Assembly (NCBI GenBank): GCA_020891255.1
Contig: BQFW01000004.1
Coordinates: 930,001-994,000, forward strand
Length of the DNA: 64,000 nucleotides
Source of the DNA: Entomortierella parvispora E1425
Taxonomy: Eukaryota; Fungi; Mortierellomycota
Direction of reading: 5' to 3'
A program made the translations under genes and the position numbers. Of the stretch, positions 60,601 through 64,000 are shown piece after piece. The notes under the pieces are model-generated. The model did no database searches. It saw nothing but the letters and a program-made list of their open reading frames with translations, and was not told the DNA's origin. Position 1 is the stretch's first letter. Every line of letters begins with the position of its first letter.

Positions 60601-62814
60601 AGTTTTCCTAGTGTCGTCTCCTCTGCTCGACTATCAATGTCCTGCATCATGATGTAGCGCGAGTTTTTTCTCCGAGCTCGACCACGAGACTGAATGTGGC
60701 TGATAGTTGTGGTCGCGGGGTCGAACCTTTGGAAGATATATTTAAAAATAAAGTAAACCGACTTTAGTTTCAAAGATATCGGTCATGTTAATCACTTTTC
60801 TTTGCGAGTGACCCTTTACCTAATGACGACGTTGCACGGCTGGATGTCAAGGCCTTCCTCAGCGACACTAGTGGCTACCAAGAGGTTGTAGTCTTTTTCG
60901 CGAAAGCCAGATATGATGGCATTTTGTTGATGAAATGACATTTTCAAGAGGGCATCGCCGTCATTGGAGTGACCTGCGAGCACCATGACCCTGAGTTTGT
61001 CCTGGAATTCTTCCATTTCACTCAGTAAAAGATATAACGCCGTGGCAGTATCGCGTGTTTGTACAAAGATGATGCCACAAAAGTCGTCCTTTAAGGCCTT
61101 TCCAGATGCACGAAGGAGTTGTATGAGCTTCATCACCTTGGGTGACATGTAGCGAATGTCGACCTTAGGCGGTAAAAATGGCCAAAAGCTGACAATGTCG
61201 ATGGCGATCGAACAGTCCTCCGCCATGGTGTCCAGTGCCGCAGTGGGACCCCTCTTCATGCCCAACACTGTCGCTTTCCAGAGCCGGTCGACACACCATG
61301 GCCCGAGATGCCCGAGGTTGGTAACCATGCCTCCAAAGAGCTGCGAAATCTTTGTGATCATCCCACATTCGTCATGCAATTTCGCGGTGAGTGCTGTTCT
61401 CTGGTACTTTAGAGCAGAGTTGTACTGGACAACAAGCTCATGCGGTTTTTCCACATGCATCTTGACCTTTGTTGAATCGACCGTAAATACTTTTGAATTC
61501 AGTAGTCGCTCAAGATCTCTATAGATGGAGCAACAGAAAGTCATCAAGTAGTCAGGATAGGTACGACATGTCAGGATAGTTAATGAGCTCTGTCTTGGAC
61601 TTTCACTTACTCCGCAGAGGTGTGTAGTTTTGATCCAATATCAGATGATGGAGAGGCGGTCATGCCAAATATCTTTGGCCTGCTGGCATTGACGCCATCA
61701 CGTCTGGAGTGATAAAAGTCTCTCATGATGCGCGCAAAAGGGTGGCCTTTGCGAGCATGATGACACTCATCAAAGATCAGCAAGTGAATCTAAAAATGGG
61801 TTCCCAAGTCAAGTTGGTAAAAGTTAGACACTGGGGCATTGGGTCAAGTATGTGTGAAGGCGTTCTACATCTGTCTTACCTTGGACATTTGGATGAATCC
61901 ATGAAATAGTAGGTCAAGCAAGATCTGAGCCGTGAGCACGACCACATCTGTGGTCTCGTAAACCTTTTCCCACAGGGTGTTCGAGAATTTCTTGTCCGCA
62001 ATCTTTTCTCCAGACAACTCTAGGACCTTCATGCCGCAATTGGCCCGAATCACAGCGGCTTGCTGGTAGACAAGGGGTACATTGTTGACAACAAAGAAGC
62101 ATAGCTTTTTCTGCAGAGGAATAATAACAACCGCCAGGGAAACAATAAGTCTGTGAATTTTAGTGGTGTAACAAAAGGATCCATTCTTCTCACCTCCTCC
62201 TTGGGCCTCTGGGCTGCTCGCTCGCGGTCAAGCATTTCCTTGATGAGCATGACTGAAACAAGAGTCTTTCCGCTTCCGGTGTCCATGACGGCGATGACAT
62301 TCCCATCTCGCGCCTTTGCGAATAGCTCTTTCTGGTACTGTCTCGGCGTCATTTCAAAGCCCTCTGAAGTTTTGGGCACCACCGCGTTCTGCACAGGGGG
62401 TTCAATGGGAGAAGGGCTCAGGGGTATCGTTGCCGGGGAGGCATGGGTGTTGGTAAGCATGGTGATTGGTCTGTTCGTAGGAAAGGCCGAGGGTATCTGG
62501 GAGTTGTGGATGGGAATCTGTGGCAGGCTTGGGTGCACGGGACTGGTCAGCGCGGCCACGGAGGTGGCGACGCGTTGTGGAACAAGGACTGCTGAGGACA
62601 GGGGCGGGATGGGATCAGTCCACAGGCAATCGTTGTTGATGTTTTTATTGCTGTTGCTGCCGAGCGAAGCCGCTGTCAAGCCGACGGGGACTGGCACAGC
62701 CGCGGCTGGCGGCCGCGGGATAGACGGGGGCAGGGGCGGCGGTAAAGAGCGGGCAGCGAGGCTGTCTTCGTCCCCCCAAAGGAGCAAATCGACCGCTGAC
62801 TCGCCCTTTGTCAT
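57654..62814 (-). CDS. DCL: Dicer-like protein (DExD helicase, helicase-C, Dicer dimerisation domain, PAZ-region, 2 x RNase III, C-terminal dsRBD-like domain)
   Basis: PRQYQKELF...[92 protein letters not shown] and [12 protein letters not shown]. Likely start MTKGESAV at 62814. Confidence 0.95.
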
Positions 62815-63874
62815 TGTGAAATGAGGAGGAGAGGAGATTGTATTGTGGGCTGGGGCGGATTCGTTGGGATGGTGCAGGAAACTGCCAGGGGGATTAGGCG
62901 CTGAACATGTGAGTAAGCAGAGGGGAGGGGAATGAAGAGAGACAAACAAAAGGCAAAGGAAGGCAAAGGAGGCAAAGAAAAGGCAAAGATGGAGATAAAG
63001 GGGACGTGTGCATGCTAGTATGTGTTCACATGGATGGCATGCAAAAAAAAAAAGGGACCAGGGGACGATTTGCCACCAAAACACGCATGGGTATGCACGT
63101 GACTTGGACTTGGGACTTCGAGCGAGGGCCTTGCCGCACTTGCGCCGCGTCCCTTGGAAGGTCCGTCGCAATGTTACAAAATCCCTTTGCACGGCCCAAG
63201 GCCCGCTGGCAGTGCACCGTTGTTGTTTTTGTTGCGGCTGCACTGTTGCGCTGCACCGCATTGCTTCCGCCGTTTGTTCCTGAAAGCGAAAAACTGTGTT
63301 CTGGGCGCGGCCTCTTTTTCCTTCGCTTTCTGTGCTCAGTCCTCCTCTTCATCGTCTCGTTGTCTCTTTTGTTGAGTTGAGAGCGCGCTCCTCTTCCTCT
63401 CTTGTCCTCTCCCCTCTCTTCTCTCTTTTCTTTTCTTTCCACCCCCAGCAGTCTGCGTTTATCCCCTGCCCTGCCTTTGCGTTTCGGTCATTGTTCATCT
63501 TTCCTCTTCCTCATCTTGATTCCTCTTTCCACCTCTTTCTCATTCATCCACACTATGCTGTCTTCCTCCAGGTAGACCACAGTTTTCCTTCCTTCTCTTC
63601 TTCTTTTCTGTGTCTAGTTCTTTCCCACTAGTCCACTACTAGTGTAAACGGAACTGCTCTGCACTGCACTCAGCTCAGCACAAATCTATCGGATTCGCCT
63701 CCTTCTCTCCACGTCCTCTTAACCACAGCCAAGCTCTTGACAAACCCCCTTGACTTTGGCACTAAAAAATCGATCGACATTCCCTCCTCGTTCGCCTCGA
63801 CCTCTTCTCCTCGGACTCAACACCCACCCCTTACCCATTTACCACCACAACACAAACAAAGTTACAAATCGATC

Positions 63875-64000
63875 ATGGCCCAGAAGAGGTTTGGTGTGAC
63901 CAGCCACTTCGTGGCCTCAATTGCTCTTGCGCTCCTCGCCGTTTCCTCTGTTGTTGCCCAAACACAAACAAAGCCCTCTTCGACCGCCGTTCCTGCAAAA
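63875..64000 (+). CDS. 5' end of a secreted or membrane protein (signal peptide); truncated by the window edge
   Basis: MAQKRFGVTSHFVASIALALLAVSSVVAQTQTKPSSTAVPAK shows n-/h-/c-region pattern with a VVA|Q cleavage site and a CT-rich leader upstream. Confidence 0.65.
   Translation, partial: MAQKRFGVTSHFVASIALALLAVSSVVAQTQTKPSSTAVPAK

Noticed and set aside
54616-62814. Functional gene cluster linking Dicer, ADE17, thioesterase and the giant gene
   Set aside because: These are unrelated housekeeping functions, with no shared pathway or regulatory evidence beyond adjacency.
62050-63261. 403-aa ORF start as the Dicer N-terminus
   Set aside because: The first ~150 codons are low-complexity UTR-like sequence. 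The likely start is MTKGESAV at 62814.

Overview
Eukaryotic, intron-rich fungal DNA. Gene structure, short introns and poly-A/T tracts suggest an early-diverging Mucoromycota, probably Mortierellaceae (inference). The flanks carry ordinary genes: 60S acidic ribosomal protein P2, COQ7, a tandem pair of alpha-arrestins, a large disordered protein with C-terminal Cys pairs, tRNA-Pro(CGG), a HotDog thioesterase, a Pro-rich PY-motif protein, ADE16/17 (ATIC) and a Dicer. The centre (about 17.76-46.52 kb, minus strand) reads as ONE giant spliced gene of roughly 8,000+ aa. It has 8 N-terminal ricin-type beta-trefoil domains, the architecture class of the Mucoromycota wound-gelation Gellins. These are followed by 30 tandem PARP-type WGR-like domains (28 near-identical, 2 divergent) in which W-G-R has become W-G-E, and then a unique C-terminal domain. 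The repeat array shows an intron presence/absence mosaic, two interspersed intron sequence types, a 2,208-bp higher-order repeat and uniform phase-1 module boundaries. All domain calls are by eye from motifs; no searches were run.
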